This document shows, in pieces, positions 1-10,200 of a DNA stretch of 64,000 nt. Source of the DNA: Candidatus Dojkabacteria bacterium (GTDB lineage: Bacteria; Patescibacteriota; Dojkabacteria; B142; WJKM01); the NCBI GenBank assembly GCA_014729085.1, contig WJKM01000004.1:4345-68344 (forward strand), given 5' to 3'. Both the position numbers and the translations under genes were made by a program. Numbering within the stretch: position 1 is the first letter of the stretch; each line of letters begins with the position of its first letter. Under the pieces are notes generated by a model, which was not told where the DNA came from, did not search any database, and saw nothing but the letters and a program-made list of their open reading frames with translations.

Positions 1-1
1 A

Positions 2-898
2 AATAAAGACACTAAATACAGTATTATAGAAGGAGATGAATACTATGTCGGCTATGATAAAAAAATTTCCAAATTTTTCTACTATAATCCCAAAATTTTA
101 GTACTTACATCCATAAAATGGGATCATACTGATATCTTTAAAACTAAACAGGACTATATTAATAATTTCAGAGAATTAGTAAAACAAGTACCTAAAGATG
201 GCTTAATTATTTATAATAAAATTGACAACAAAGTAAATGAAATTGTACAAGATTCAGCCAAATGTAAAACTGTAGGTTATAATTATAAAAAAGAAATTGG
301 AAATAAATATGATTACCTGAATTCGAAATTTAAAATTATAGGAGAATTTAACAAAGAAAATGCCGTTGCTGCCGGCACTTGTGCTGAAAAACTAGGTATA
401 GATGAAGAGTCAATAAAGAAAGCCTTAATCTCATTTAAAGGAATTAAGAGACGGCTTGAGATCAGATATAGAAATAAGAACCTTATGATTATTGATGATT
501 TTGGTGCTTCGCCTCCAAAAGCAAGGTCGTCCATACTAGCTGTAAAAAAAGTATTCCCTGACTATAAACTACATGTTGTATTTGAACCAAACTTAGGAAG
601 TAGAACATATAAAGCAATTGAAGAATATGATAAGACATTTCATAAAATTGAAAGACTATACTTGCCTAGATTTACTAAAGTTAGTGGAAAGTATTTAGAA
701 AATTATGATCTCGAAAAATATCTCAAAAAAAAGAATATCAAAGCTCAAGCTATTTCAGATGATGAAGAATTAATCGAGATTGTATCTGGAAATATTTATG
801 AGCATAAGAAATCAATTATTTTATTTCTCGGAAGTCATGGTTTTAGAGGCATGATTGAACAAATGACTGAGTTACTCGAAGATGAAGAAATTTCCTAA
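2..898 (+). CDS. Mur ligase of the Mpl/MurC family, 5'-partial (runs off the window start)
   Basis: Frame is open from nt 2: IIEGDEY..YDKKISKFLYYNPKILVLTSIKWDHTDIF, then F.GIKRRLE and IIDDFG..P. The listed 485..898 ORF is only its C-terminus. Confidence 0.85.
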   Translation, partial: NKDTKYSIIEGDEYYVGYDKKISKFFYYNPKILVLTSIKWDHTDIFKTKQDYINNFRELVKQVPKDGLIIYNKIDNKVNEIVQDSAKCKTVGYNYKKEIGNKYDYLNSKFKIIGEFNKENAVAAGTCAEKLGIDEESIKKALISFKGIKRRLEIRYRNKNLMIIDDFGASPPKARSSILAVKKVFPDYKLHVVFEPNLGSRTYKAIEEYDKTFHKIERLYLPRFTKVSGKYLENYDLEKYLKKKNIKAQAISDDEELIEIVSGNIYEHKKSIILFLGSHGFRGMIEQMTELLEDEEIS

Positions 899-1244
899 AA
901 AGAAAAAAAAGAAACGATTTAAGACAGCTAAAGAAATTTTACTTTCGAATGATTGGCTTGACGAACGAAAAAAATCTGCAAAATACATCACAAAGGAATA
1001 CCAGGACTATGGTGTTAGGTTAGCTCATAAATTAAACGACCCAGATCACAAAAGTTTATATATAAAATTAGCGAAAGAAGAAAAAAGAGGTTTATTGGAA
1101 AAAGCAGCATCTTTTGCATTAGACTACCCAAATGCAAAAAGCAAAGCTAAAGTATTTATGTGGAAACTAAAAGAACTACGAAAAAAATTTAATAAAAAGA
1201 AACAGAACAAGTCAACCAATAAACAAATGGAATTAATTTCCTAA
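882..1244 (+). CDS. Lys-rich conserved hypothetical protein
   Basis: 120-aa ORF overlapping the Mur ligase stop; helical core YQDYGVRLAHKLND..HKSLYIKLAK. Confidence 0.7.
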   Translation: MKKFPKKKKKKRFKTAKEILLSNDWLDERKKSAKYITKEYQDYGVRLAHKLNDPDHKSLYIKLAKEEKRGLLEKAASFALDYPNAKSKAKVFMWKLKELRKKFNKKKQNKSTNKQMELIS

Positions 1245-1310
1245 TCGATATTTTATATTGTCAAAAACACATCATCATAAATTTGACTTATTCATCTATG
1301 AACTAGATCT

Positions 1311-2279
1311 ATGATTACAGCAATAATTACGGCGTTTAATGAACCTACCACAATAACTAAAGCATTAAAATATATTGTTAATCCTGATTTTTCAGGATTT
1401 AGAAAAAATCTCCAGGTTATTCAAATTTCACCTGATGAAGAAACCTTAGAAAAAGCTTCAAAATACATTAGCACTATCAAAAACCCAAAGCTAGAATATT
1501 TACAAATAAAAGACGAACAGCTTGGAAAGCCTCATGCTTTAAATGTAGGCTTAAAACGTGCTAAATCTGATATAGTAGTATTAACTGACGGAGATGTTCA
1601 TTTCACTGAAAGTTCATTTGTAAATTTAATTGAAGAATTTAAAAAAAGAAAACTCGATGTAGCTTGTGGTAAAGTTATCTCTAAAAATTCTACAAAGACA
1701 CTAACCGGGTATATAAGCCATCTAATGACATCTGCCGCACATCATAAAAGGTTAATTGAGCTAAGTGGAAAAACTGAAGGGTACGGTACTAAATTAGTTC
1801 ATAAAACTAATTTTTTTCCATTATCGGGTTATATGTTGATTTTTAATAAGAAGAAATTAGAGCAAGTTCTTGGGGAGGGTTTTGTGTTTCCTACTGATTG
1901 TTTAGTGGAAGATGCATATTTGTCCTACGTTGCATATAATTACGGCTTAAAGCTAGGGTACATACCTCAGGCAAGAGTGTATGCTAAATTTCCAAGTAAT
2001 TTATCCGACTATTTTAAACAAAAGAAAAGATCTACAGGAGGATATCTTCAACTTTGGAAATACGGTGTGATAAAAAAAGAAACTAATGCCAGATCTTTTT
2101 GGCAGGAACTAAGATATTTTTGGTATCCCTTTAAATTCGCTAAAAGCCTACGTGATATTATATATTCCCTTATCTATTTTCCAATTCGCCTCTACCTGTG
2201 GCTAATGATGTGGTGGGAAAGGAAAATCCTTAAAAAAGATTTTATAAAAACCTGGGTTAGAATTGAGAGTACCAAATAA
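1311..2279 (+). CDS. Glycosyltransferase family 2
   Basis: IITAFNE, GKPHALNVG, DxD (TDGD), VEDAYL and QKKR (QxxRW-like) motifs. Confidence 0.85.
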   Translation: MITAIITAFNEPTTITKALKYIVNPDFSGFRKNLQVIQISPDEETLEKASKYISTIKNPKLEYLQIKDEQLGKPHALNVGLKRAKSDIVVLTDGDVHFTESSFVNLIEEFKKRKLDVACGKVISKNSTKTLTGYISHLMTSAAHHKRLIELSGKTEGYGTKLVHKTNFFPLSGYMLIFNKKKLEQVLGEGFVFPTDCLVEDAYLSYVAYNYGLKLGYIPQARVYAKFPSNLSDYFKQKKRSTGGYLQLWKYGVIKKETNARSFWQELRYFWYPFKFAKSLRDIIYSLIYFPIRLYLWLMMWWERKILKKDFIKTWVRIESTK

Positions 2280-2329
2280 TTTATAATAAGTTTGTATTTA
2301 GATATATATTGATTTATATTTAAATTAAT

Positions 2330-2989
2330 ATGAAAATTTTATCTGCAGGAAAAATCAAAATAGGGTTTCTAGTCCTACTAATGTTTCTAATTGTAGGAGG
2401 TGCATATATATATTCAAACAGTAATTTTAATAATTCAGAAAGCAATGTGTTAGGAGATATTTCGAATAATCTGGAACAAGACTTAATAAATAAATTTGAA
2501 AAAGGAGAGGTTGAACAAGCTGGAGGAACTTGGGAAATAACTAGTAGTACCCCACAAAATACTTATGATCCAAATAAGTCAAAACAACAAGATATTCCTG
2601 AAAATGAGTTAATCAACAATAAGATAAAACGAATACTAAAAGACCAAAACAACTTAAACCAACCTAAAATACGAAGTTATAATACAACCAGTCTTAATAA
2701 TGGAAATTTTGAAGTATTCGTAGAATATAATGCAGGTGACCATTCGAATCATCAAGTACAAAAAAATGAAATGTACAAAGATCTAGTTAAGACGCTAAAA
2801 GAGATCTATCAACATAATAACCCTTATGTTGAATCAGTAAAATTCAATGTATATTTTGAAGATAAATTAGTATTTCAAGTTAATCTAGGTAGCAATAAAG
2901 CTAAACAAGTTAATTGGGAACTTGATGAGGTCTCACTGTATGAAAAGGTTATGCCCTCAGTCTGGAATGTAACTGTAGATAATTTTTAA
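2330..2989 (+). CDS. Hypothetical protein with N-terminal membrane anchor
   Basis: 219-aa ORF with one N-terminal hydrophobic helix. Confidence 0.7.
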   Translation: MKILSAGKIKIGFLVLLMFLIVGGAYIYSNSNFNNSESNVLGDISNNLEQDLINKFEKGEVEQAGGTWEITSSTPQNTYDPNKSKQQDIPENELINNKIKRILKDQNNLNQPKIRSYNTTSLNNGNFEVFVEYNAGDHSNHQVQKNEMYKDLVKTLKEIYQHNNPYVESVKFNVYFEDKLVFQVNLGSNKAKQVNWELDEVSLYEKVMPSVWNVTVDNF

Positions 2990-3639
2990 GAAGTAAGTGA
3001 CTTAATAATTGAGAATGCTCTCTCTATTTGCTCCTCGGTGATAATTAATATCAATTCATTAGAAGTAGATACAATATCAATTAAGTTAACATCCTCCCAT
3101 GCAAGTGCTTTAAGGATTGAATAATATACTCCTGGAATATTTAAATTATCTGGAGGCAACTTAATACTTATAGCAGAAATCGCATTCAGCTCAAATACAC
3201 TATTTTCATCTTTAAACTTTTTACTAACCAAATCAACAAGCTTTTTATTTACAATAATTGTTATTTCAAAGATTCCCTGCGAAATAATAAAGTAATTCCT
3301 TGGATCATTGTTTAAATTTAAAATGAAATCTTTTAAATTAGAAATCAATGTAGAAGAATTTTGAAAAGTAAATTCATATAAATTTGATTTTATTGTTATA
3401 TCACCTAAATTATTTAATATTTTATTAATTTGATTGGTACCTTTTTTTATTTCAGGCTTATATCTTTTAATAGCCATAATAATAGCTCCAAGCTTGATAT
3501 TTTTCATTGTTTCTTCCCTAACATAAGGCTGAATCTCCCTTGCTAATGCTGAGACGTTAATTAAATCCAAATTTAATGCTTCCTCAATGTAGGGGGTACT
3601 TTTTATATAATTTTTTACAATTTCAGATACTGTTATCAT
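2986..3639 (-). CDS. ACT-domain protein with N-terminal helical (possible HTH) domain; amino-acid-sensing regulator candidate
   Basis: INVSALAR..AIIMAIKR N-terminus and C-terminal ACT repeat PGVYYSILKALAWEDVNLIDIVST..EL; no kinase domain. Confidence 0.75.
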   Translation of the reverse strand: MITVSEIVKNYIKSTPYIEEALNLDLINVSALAREIQPYVREETMKNIKLGAIIMAIKRYKPEIKKGTNQINKILNNLGDITIKSNLYEFTFQNSSTLISNLKDFILNLNNDPRNYFIISQGIFEITIIVNKKLVDLVSKKFKDENSVFELNAISAISIKLPPDNLNIPGVYYSILKALAWEDVNLIDIVSTSNELILIITEEQIERAFSIIKSLTS

Positions 3640-3785
3640 AATGAATTTAATAATTTGTTAAGATTTTAACACATTATATTAATAATGAACAAAATTTTTA
3701 AAAATTTGAAATCAGTGGATATATTTAATTAAAATTAAACCTAAATTTAAAATTATGAGTTTATTTTTGCATACATTGGAATTAG

Positions 3786-4060
3786 TGAGTAAGAAATATA
3801 GTGCAATTCTTACAACCAATGCAATAATATGAAGGCTCGTTTATTAATTCAGCATTAAATTAATAAATTTCTGGAAGAAATCTAAAATAAAGACTAGAGA
3901 TTAGAACCAGCGTCTAAGTATACGTTAATTACAATAACCTTGTCATCTATGTGTGATAGAGAGGTTAATGAGATGCAAATAGTGATATCTGCATAAATAG
4001 AGGTGGTACCACGGACTTATAAATCCGTCCTTAGTTTAAAACTATTTAGATTAAGTACGG
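3786..4060 (+). ncRNA. T-box riboswitch with short Stem I, probable AAG/Lys specifier, possibly translational
   Basis: T-box AAATAGAGGTGGTACCACGG (3995-4014) pairing with CCGTCCT. Stem III ATGCA..TGCAT; Stem II TTCTGGAAGAAA..TAGAACCAG; Stem I GAG..CTC with AAG at 3832-3834. Confidence 0.85.
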
Positions 4061-4068
4061 TATTAAAA

Positions 4069-5943
4069 ATGGAATTATTAACTAAAGAAAAAATTCAGCT
4101 ATTAGAGTATGAAAATACACCAGATGAACTAATACCACCAAGGATGATAGAACAAATCAATGACCAATGGCTTGTGGATTTTGGAGATGAAAATATACGC
4201 ATATGGGACGGTTGGACAGGACCAGTTGTAAGAACAAAAAGACAATGGATAAACTGGGCGGTAGATTTTGTCGGATTTAATTGTGCCGAAATTAATGACT
4301 TAAGCTCCGAGGCAGTAGAAGATTCATATAACGAGTTAACATCCTGGGTAGCTCAAGAAGCACAGAATAAATTGATCCCCAATATTAAAAATCCTGATAA
4401 TTCAAAAAAAAGACAAAAACGACTCATATTTAATGCAGGTTCGAGAGCAACAGGAGATTACATAAATGAATATCATAGAATAAAAGCAGGGAAAAGAGCA
4501 CCACATTTTGATATTTGGACAGGTGCCAGAGCTGGTTTCTATGCAGAAAAAGGAGATATGGTCGTTGGAAGGGGACTAGTTGAAACAATAGGCGAGGCTG
4601 ATCCAGAAATTCAATATGTTGAAATTCAAAATTATAATGAAAGATACTATACGTATGATGCGCTTGCTCAATGGGCAGAGGATGATCCGTATTTTAATAA
4701 TCCTTCAAATCCAATCGTTCCAATTGTAAACTTTCTGAATGAAAACCCAGAAGTTTCAATTTCTCTTTATGCAAATGGTTTCGAAGAGCAAATTGTACTT
4801 TTATACTTATTAAGCTTAACTAATAACAAAACGCTAAATATTGAAGCTAACAGTCCACTTGTTGACTCATTGAATAATAAAGCTATTCTTCATCCAGAAA
4901 TAGATGAAGTACTTGAGGTTGAAGTTGAAGACTTGAATTCTTCGGAGGAAATTCTAAACACCTTAAGAAGAGAAAAATTGAGTTCACAGATAGCTCAATA
5001 TTTTGGTGAAGAAATACTTGATATTTTCCTGGGAGTGCCTGGCTGTACAATAAGTAAAACAGAGGATCTAGAAGAATATGAAAAAAAATTTAGACGTCTG
5101 TATGATTATTTTTATAATAGATATGGAATAACGAAAATTGTTGCAAAGCCAGCCGTTTCATGTGACGGGGAAGGAATTATATTCAATATTGATCCAAGAG
5201 AAACAGAAACATTAGATAAACTTGCACGAGAATTATTTAATCATAAAACCTACATCTTTGAACCGCAAATAAATTTCAACAAATATGAAATAAACGGAGA
5301 GTATAGAGATATAGTTCCCTCGGTACATATTAAAGATGGATACACACTAGTTGGACTTGGAACTAATCAAAAAATTTATGATGAAGGTGTTTGGGGAGGT
5401 CATGATTTACTGGATAAAGTAAATGCGGAAAAACTTGGTTTAAGCGAAATGTTTGAAAAGATGGAAAAGTATATGACTATAATTGCTTCCAAATCACGAG
5501 AAAAAAACTTAGGACTTTCTTTGGCCGGTATTGATTTTTATGAAGGGACTGTTGAGAGTGATAATCCAATCATTGCTTCTAGGATTTGGAGTGGACCAGG
5601 TGACCCAAATATTCGTTTAACAGGAGCAGCATATATTTATGCTTCATTTGATAAAGTTGTTGAAGAAATTGAAAATCATTACGGCACAAAACTTATTCCC
5701 GGAGATGTATCTGTCTCTACAAGAGTAATAACCCCCAATGCTGATTACCAAACCATAGACATGTTAGTGCAAAAATTTAAAGAAGAAAATGGTAATTTGG
5801 ACGTCAAAATAACGTTTGGAACAGTTGCTGCATGTAAAGGTGGCTGGGGTATGATTTATGCAAGCGGAGAGAATACAAATACAGCGTGCAAATATGCAGA
5901 AAAATTAGTAGAATTCCTTGAATCAAATAATATTTTAATTTAA
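4069..5943 (+). CDS. Uncharacterised ATP-grasp fold ligase (~624 aa)
   Basis: VAKPAVSCDGEGI, YIFEPQI, VPSVH, GIDFY and DPNIRLTGA resemble ATP-grasp motifs. ATG 4069 is preferred because the GTG at 4003 lies inside the T-box. Confidence 0.7.
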   Translation: MELLTKEKIQLLEYENTPDELIPPRMIEQINDQWLVDFGDENIRIWDGWTGPVVRTKRQWINWAVDFVGFNCAEINDLSSEAVEDSYNELTSWVAQEAQNKLIPNIKNPDNSKKRQKRLIFNAGSRATGDYINEYHRIKAGKRAPHFDIWTGARAGFYAEKGDMVVGRGLVETIGEADPEIQYVEIQNYNERYYTYDALAQWAEDDPYFNNPSNPIVPIVNFLNENPEVSISLYANGFEEQIVLLYLLSLTNNKTLNIEANSPLVDSLNNKAILHPEIDEVLEVEVEDLNSSEEILNTLRREKLSSQIAQYFGEEILDIFLGVPGCTISKTEDLEEYEKKFRRLYDYFYNRYGITKIVAKPAVSCDGEGIIFNIDPRETETLDKLARELFNHKTYIFEPQINFNKYEINGEYRDIVPSVHIKDGYTLVGLGTNQKIYDEGVWGGHDLLDKVNAEKLGLSEMFEKMEKYMTIIASKSREKNLGLSLAGIDFYEGTVESDNPIIASRIWSGPGDPNIRLTGAAYIYASFDKVVEEIENHYGTKLIPGDVSVSTRVITPNADYQTIDMLVQKFKEENGNLDVKITFGTVAACKGGWGMIYASGENTNTACKYAEKLVEFLESNNILI

Positions 5944-6001
5944 AGATGTATTTATTTTTAAAATTTGTTAAATTAAATTACTATTTTTTAATAATAAAAC
6001 A

Positions 6002-6928
6002 ATGAACTCAAAGAGACTTTCATTCTTATTCATTATATTCTTTATCTTGATAAATACATCTCAACATATCTATGCGAAACAATATCCAGATGTTGATAGT
6101 TCTACTTCTCATTACAAAGAAATAGACTATATAACTGATTTAAATTACGCATCGGGTTATACAGACGGTACCTATAAACCATATAGAGAGATAACAAGAG
6201 CTGAATTCACAAAAATTTTGATTAATGCAAAATATACCTCAAATGAGATTGAGTCGTGTACAAATCAATTTAATATAACATTTCCTGATGTATCTCCTGA
6301 CTATCATTTTCGTAAATATATATGTATTGCTGAGAAGGAAGGAATTGTAAAGGGCTATACCGATGGATATTATCGTCCTGAACAAAGTATTACCTTTGGA
6401 GAAGCTTCAAAAATAGTATTAAGAACTCTCTCTCAAACTTTTTCATTACCTTCCGATGCTTTGCTAACTGAATATATTGAGCTTTTAGATTATACTAATT
6501 CTATTCCTACAACTATTTCAAGCAGAACTACAGGAAAGATGACAGATGTCAATTTAAATAGATCTGAAATGGCTTATCTTATTTATCGTGGAAAAGAACT
6601 CTACGATGATATGTTTTATTTTAACTTATATGAAAACCAAAGCCACTCTTATGTAGACCATAATAATAAACTTGTTGTAAGTATAGCCAATACAGGGCAT
6701 ATTAAGAATACAGATATAAATATTAATTCGATGGATTTAGATTGTAGTGATGATCGGATCGAGGTTACTTTAACAATAACAGAAGGTTCAAATAAACAGC
6801 AGATCCATTTAGATAAAAGTTGTAGTACCATATATTCCAAAACTGTAAGTTATAAAGACTACTATTCTTTGGAATTATTAGAATTTAATAATGCTCCTGC
6901 AGCTATTTTAAAAGTTTCAATATTTTAG
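6002..6928 (+). CDS. Secreted S-layer homology (SLH) domain protein
   Basis: Signal peptide plus repeated GYTDGTYKP..ITRAE and GYTDGYYRPEQSITFGE motifs. Confidence 0.88.
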   Translation: MNSKRLSFLFIIFFILINTSQHIYAKQYPDVDSSTSHYKEIDYITDLNYASGYTDGTYKPYREITRAEFTKILINAKYTSNEIESCTNQFNITFPDVSPDYHFRKYICIAEKEGIVKGYTDGYYRPEQSITFGEASKIVLRTLSQTFSLPSDALLTEYIELLDYTNSIPTTISSRTTGKMTDVNLNRSEMAYLIYRGKELYDDMFYFNLYENQSHSYVDHNNKLVVSIANTGHIKNTDININSMDLDCSDDRIEVTLTITEGSNKQQIHLDKSCSTIYSKTVSYKDYYSLELLEFNNAPAAILKVSIF

Positions 6929-6942
6929 ACTAAAGAGAAATT

Positions 6943-6951
6943 TGATATAAT
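6943..6951 (+). promoter_or_regulatory. Extended -10 promoter element (TGaTATAAT) for the lysS leader
   Basis: TGATATAAT lies about 8 nt upstream of the T-box 5' end. Confidence 0.5.
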
Positions 6952-6958
6952 AATATTT

Positions 6959-7241
6959 ATGAGAACTTAGCAGTAATCAACCAGTAGGGAAACTGGAATA
7001 GTGAAACCCAGTTTAATAATACTACTAAGCAAGACTCACATATCTAATGTTAGATATGCTTCTGAAAGAAACCCAGATACCTGGCTAGTAGAATCAGACG
7101 TATAATGCACGAAAAGCATAGAGCTTACTTGTGAGCTTATAAGATACTGATAGTAATACCAGTATGAATAAAGGTGGTACCGCTTTAAATAGCCCTTAAT
7201 AACATTTACTGAGATGAATGTTATTAAGGGTTTTTTATTTT
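6959..7241 (+). ncRNA. Lys T-box riboswitch (transcriptional) upstream of lysS
   Basis: Stem I with AGGGA bulge and GTGAAA distal loop; AAG specifier at 7031-7033; T-box AATAAAGGTGGTACCGC with GCCCTT antiterminator; followed by a terminator. Confidence 0.93.
7193..7241 (+). terminator. Intrinsic terminator of the T-box expression platform
   Basis: CCCTTAATAACATT..AATGTTATTAAGGG followed by TTTTTTATTTT. Confidence 0.9.
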
Positions 7242-7281
7242 GTAAATTAATTTAAAATTACTAATTATTAAACTAAAAAAA

Positions 7282-10200
7282 ATGGGTAAAACTAAATCTA
7301 CACTAGCACAAATCAGACAGTTTCGAATTGATAAAGCTAATGCTCTAAGAGAAAAAGGTATTGAACCTTATCCAACAAAAGCATCTAGAACAAATTACTC
7401 CGATGAGATTAAAAAAAATTATAGTGATTTTAAAGATAAAAAAGTGACTCTTGCCGGTCGTCTTATGTCATGGCGGGAACATGGACATATTATTTTTGGT
7501 GATATTCAAGATCAAAAGGGAGTCATTCAGCTTTATATTAAAGAAGATACTCTTAATGCAACTAATAAGCAAAAACAATCTATCGGCTTTGAAGATCTTG
7601 AATTACTAGACATAGGAGATATCATTGAAGCAACTGGAATTATAACTAAAACAAAAAGTGGAGAAATATCTATTTTAGCTCAGCAGATTAAAATTCTTAC
7701 GAAAGCCATCAGACCGCTTCCCGAAAAATGGATAGGACTTACTAATAAAGAGAAAATATTCAGAAAAAGATATTTAGATTTGATTGTAAATCCGGAAAAG
7801 AAATACAGATTTGAAAAAAGCGCGCAGATTGTTGCGGCGATAAGACAGTTTTTAAACGATAAAGGATTTCTGGAGATCAAAACACCCATAATTCAACCTT
7901 TATATGGAGGCACAAATGCACGCCCTTTTAAAACATACATGAATGCACTAAGTACAGATTTCTATTTAGCAATTTCTCATGAACTTTATTTAAAACGACT
8001 AATTACAGCAGGTTTTGACAATGTTTACAATATTGCGGGCTATTTCAGAAACGAAGGTATAGATAGATCCCATAATCCAGAATTTCAAATGATTGAAACT
8101 ATGAGTGCTTTTCATAATTATGAATACAATATGGATTTGATAGAAGAACTCTATCAATTTATAGGTAAAAACGTATTTAAGAAAAATATCTTCAAAGTTA
8201 GTGGCCAAGATGTCGACTTTAGTAAACCATGGGAAAGAATTATGATGATTGATGCTGTTAAAAAATATGCTGATATAAACTTTAATAAAATAAATGATAT
8301 TGATTCTGCTCATAATATACTCGCTAAAATTGGTTATGAAGAAGACAAACCAAATACAATTGGAGAATGTATGGTTAAAGTTTTCGAAGAGAAAGTTGAA
8401 GAACAATTAATTCAACCAACTTTTATTACCGGACATCCGGTTGAAATATCACCTCTTGCAAAACAAATGCCTTCTGATTCAAGATTTGTTGAAAGATTTG
8501 AAATCTTTATTGGCGGAATAGAAGGTGGAGATAATTGGACTGAACTTAATGACCCGGTTGAGTTGTATGAAAGACTTAAAGAACAAGTAGAGAGGGGTAG
8601 AGGAGGAGATGACGAATTTCATCCTATGGATGTTGATTTTATTGAATGTATGGAATATGGTATGCCTCCAACAACAGGACTTGGACCTGGCATTGAAAGA
8701 CTACAAATGATGTATTTGGAAACAGAATATATCGATGATGTAATATTCTTTCCAATACAAAGGCCAGCACCTCCAACTGAACTACAAAAAGAATTATATG
8801 GAGCAGAATATCTTGAAAGTAAAGAAAAAGAACTTAAAATACAATCAATAGAACAAAAAGATTTAGATAAACTACCTTCAAAAATAGATGCATTGGATCT
8901 ATTACATAAATATGTAGATGACGATTATCAGGTACTTCATGCAAAAATGGTTGCCGCCGCAATGCAAGATTATGCAGAGGATCTCGGGGCTAATCCGCAT
9001 CTATGGTATATAACCGGTTTACTGCATGATTTGGACTATGCAAAATATCCAGATAAACATCCTTATCAAGAACTTGAATGGTTCAAAGAATGGAAATATC
9101 CTGATCAATTCATACATGCAGTTGCTGCCCATGATCATCTGACAACCGGAGAAGAACCAGAAACTTTACTAGCTGCGGTGTTGCTTGCAGTTGATGAATT
9201 ATCCGGTATTCTCTATGCATATTCAAAAATGCGGGATAAGAATTTTTCCGGTATGAAAGCTAAATCTGCCATAAAAAAACTTGAGGATAAGAATTTTGCA
9301 GCAAAAATAAGCAGAGATGAGATTAAACATGGAATTAAATTATCTAAATTAGATTTAGAACCACATATCAAAAATATGATTACAACTTTTGATAATATGA
9401 AAGAATTTGGAGGTGACAAAGATTATACAGATAAAGTTGAAACAAAAGTTCATTCACTATTAACTAAAAAATTAAAACTTGCTGAGATAACTTCAGAAGT
9501 AAAAGAGAAGTTTCCTGGTATAAAATTCGGATATATAGTTCTTGAGGATGTGAAAGTTGATAAAAAAGATAAAAATTTAGACAAACTTAAAAAAGAAATA
9601 ATTTCTAAACTAGAATCTCAGTATACCGACAAATCTGAAATTAAGGAAAATGATAGGATTGAAGGATTTCGTAAAATCTATAAAAATTCCGGAGTTGATC
9701 CAAATAGTAGATTGAATAGTGCCGAAGCATTGCTAAGAAGAATTGTAAGCGGGAATGGTATATATAATGTAAACAATGTTGTAGATACATATAACATCAC
9801 TTCTGCTGAATTGGGCATTCCTATGGCTGCATATGATTTAGATAAAATAGAGGGTAGATTATCACTCCGTTTTGCAAATAAAGGAGAATCAATAATTAGA
9901 ATTGGAGAAGAAAAACCGAAGTTAATTGAGAAGGGAGAGTTAGTATATGCAGATAACAAAGGCATTACATGCATGGATTTTAATTATAGGGATGCAGATA
10001 GAACTAAAATTACAAAGGAAACAAATAAAATAATTGTATTTATAGATGGACATCAAACTATCAGTCAGAAGGAAATACTCTCCTCATTAAACCTGTTAGG
10101 ACAAAGACTTGAAACATACACAGAAGGTAAGGTAATTGGTTATGGGACTTCATGGGAGGAAGACAAAGTTCTTAACGAAGAAATCAAACAAGATATGAGT

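Noticed and set aside
2986-3639. Calling the ACT protein an aspartate kinase
   Set aside because: There is no amino-acid kinase domain (no KFGG motif), only a helical N-terminus and ACT-like repeats.
4003-4068. GTG start for the ATP-grasp gene
   Set aside because: It lies within the T-box antiterminator; ATG 4069 is more plausible.
4069-5943. RiPP (graspetide/pheganomycin-type) cluster around the ATP-grasp gene
   Set aside because: No precursor peptide, protease or exporter is adjacent, and T-box control points to amino-acid metabolism.
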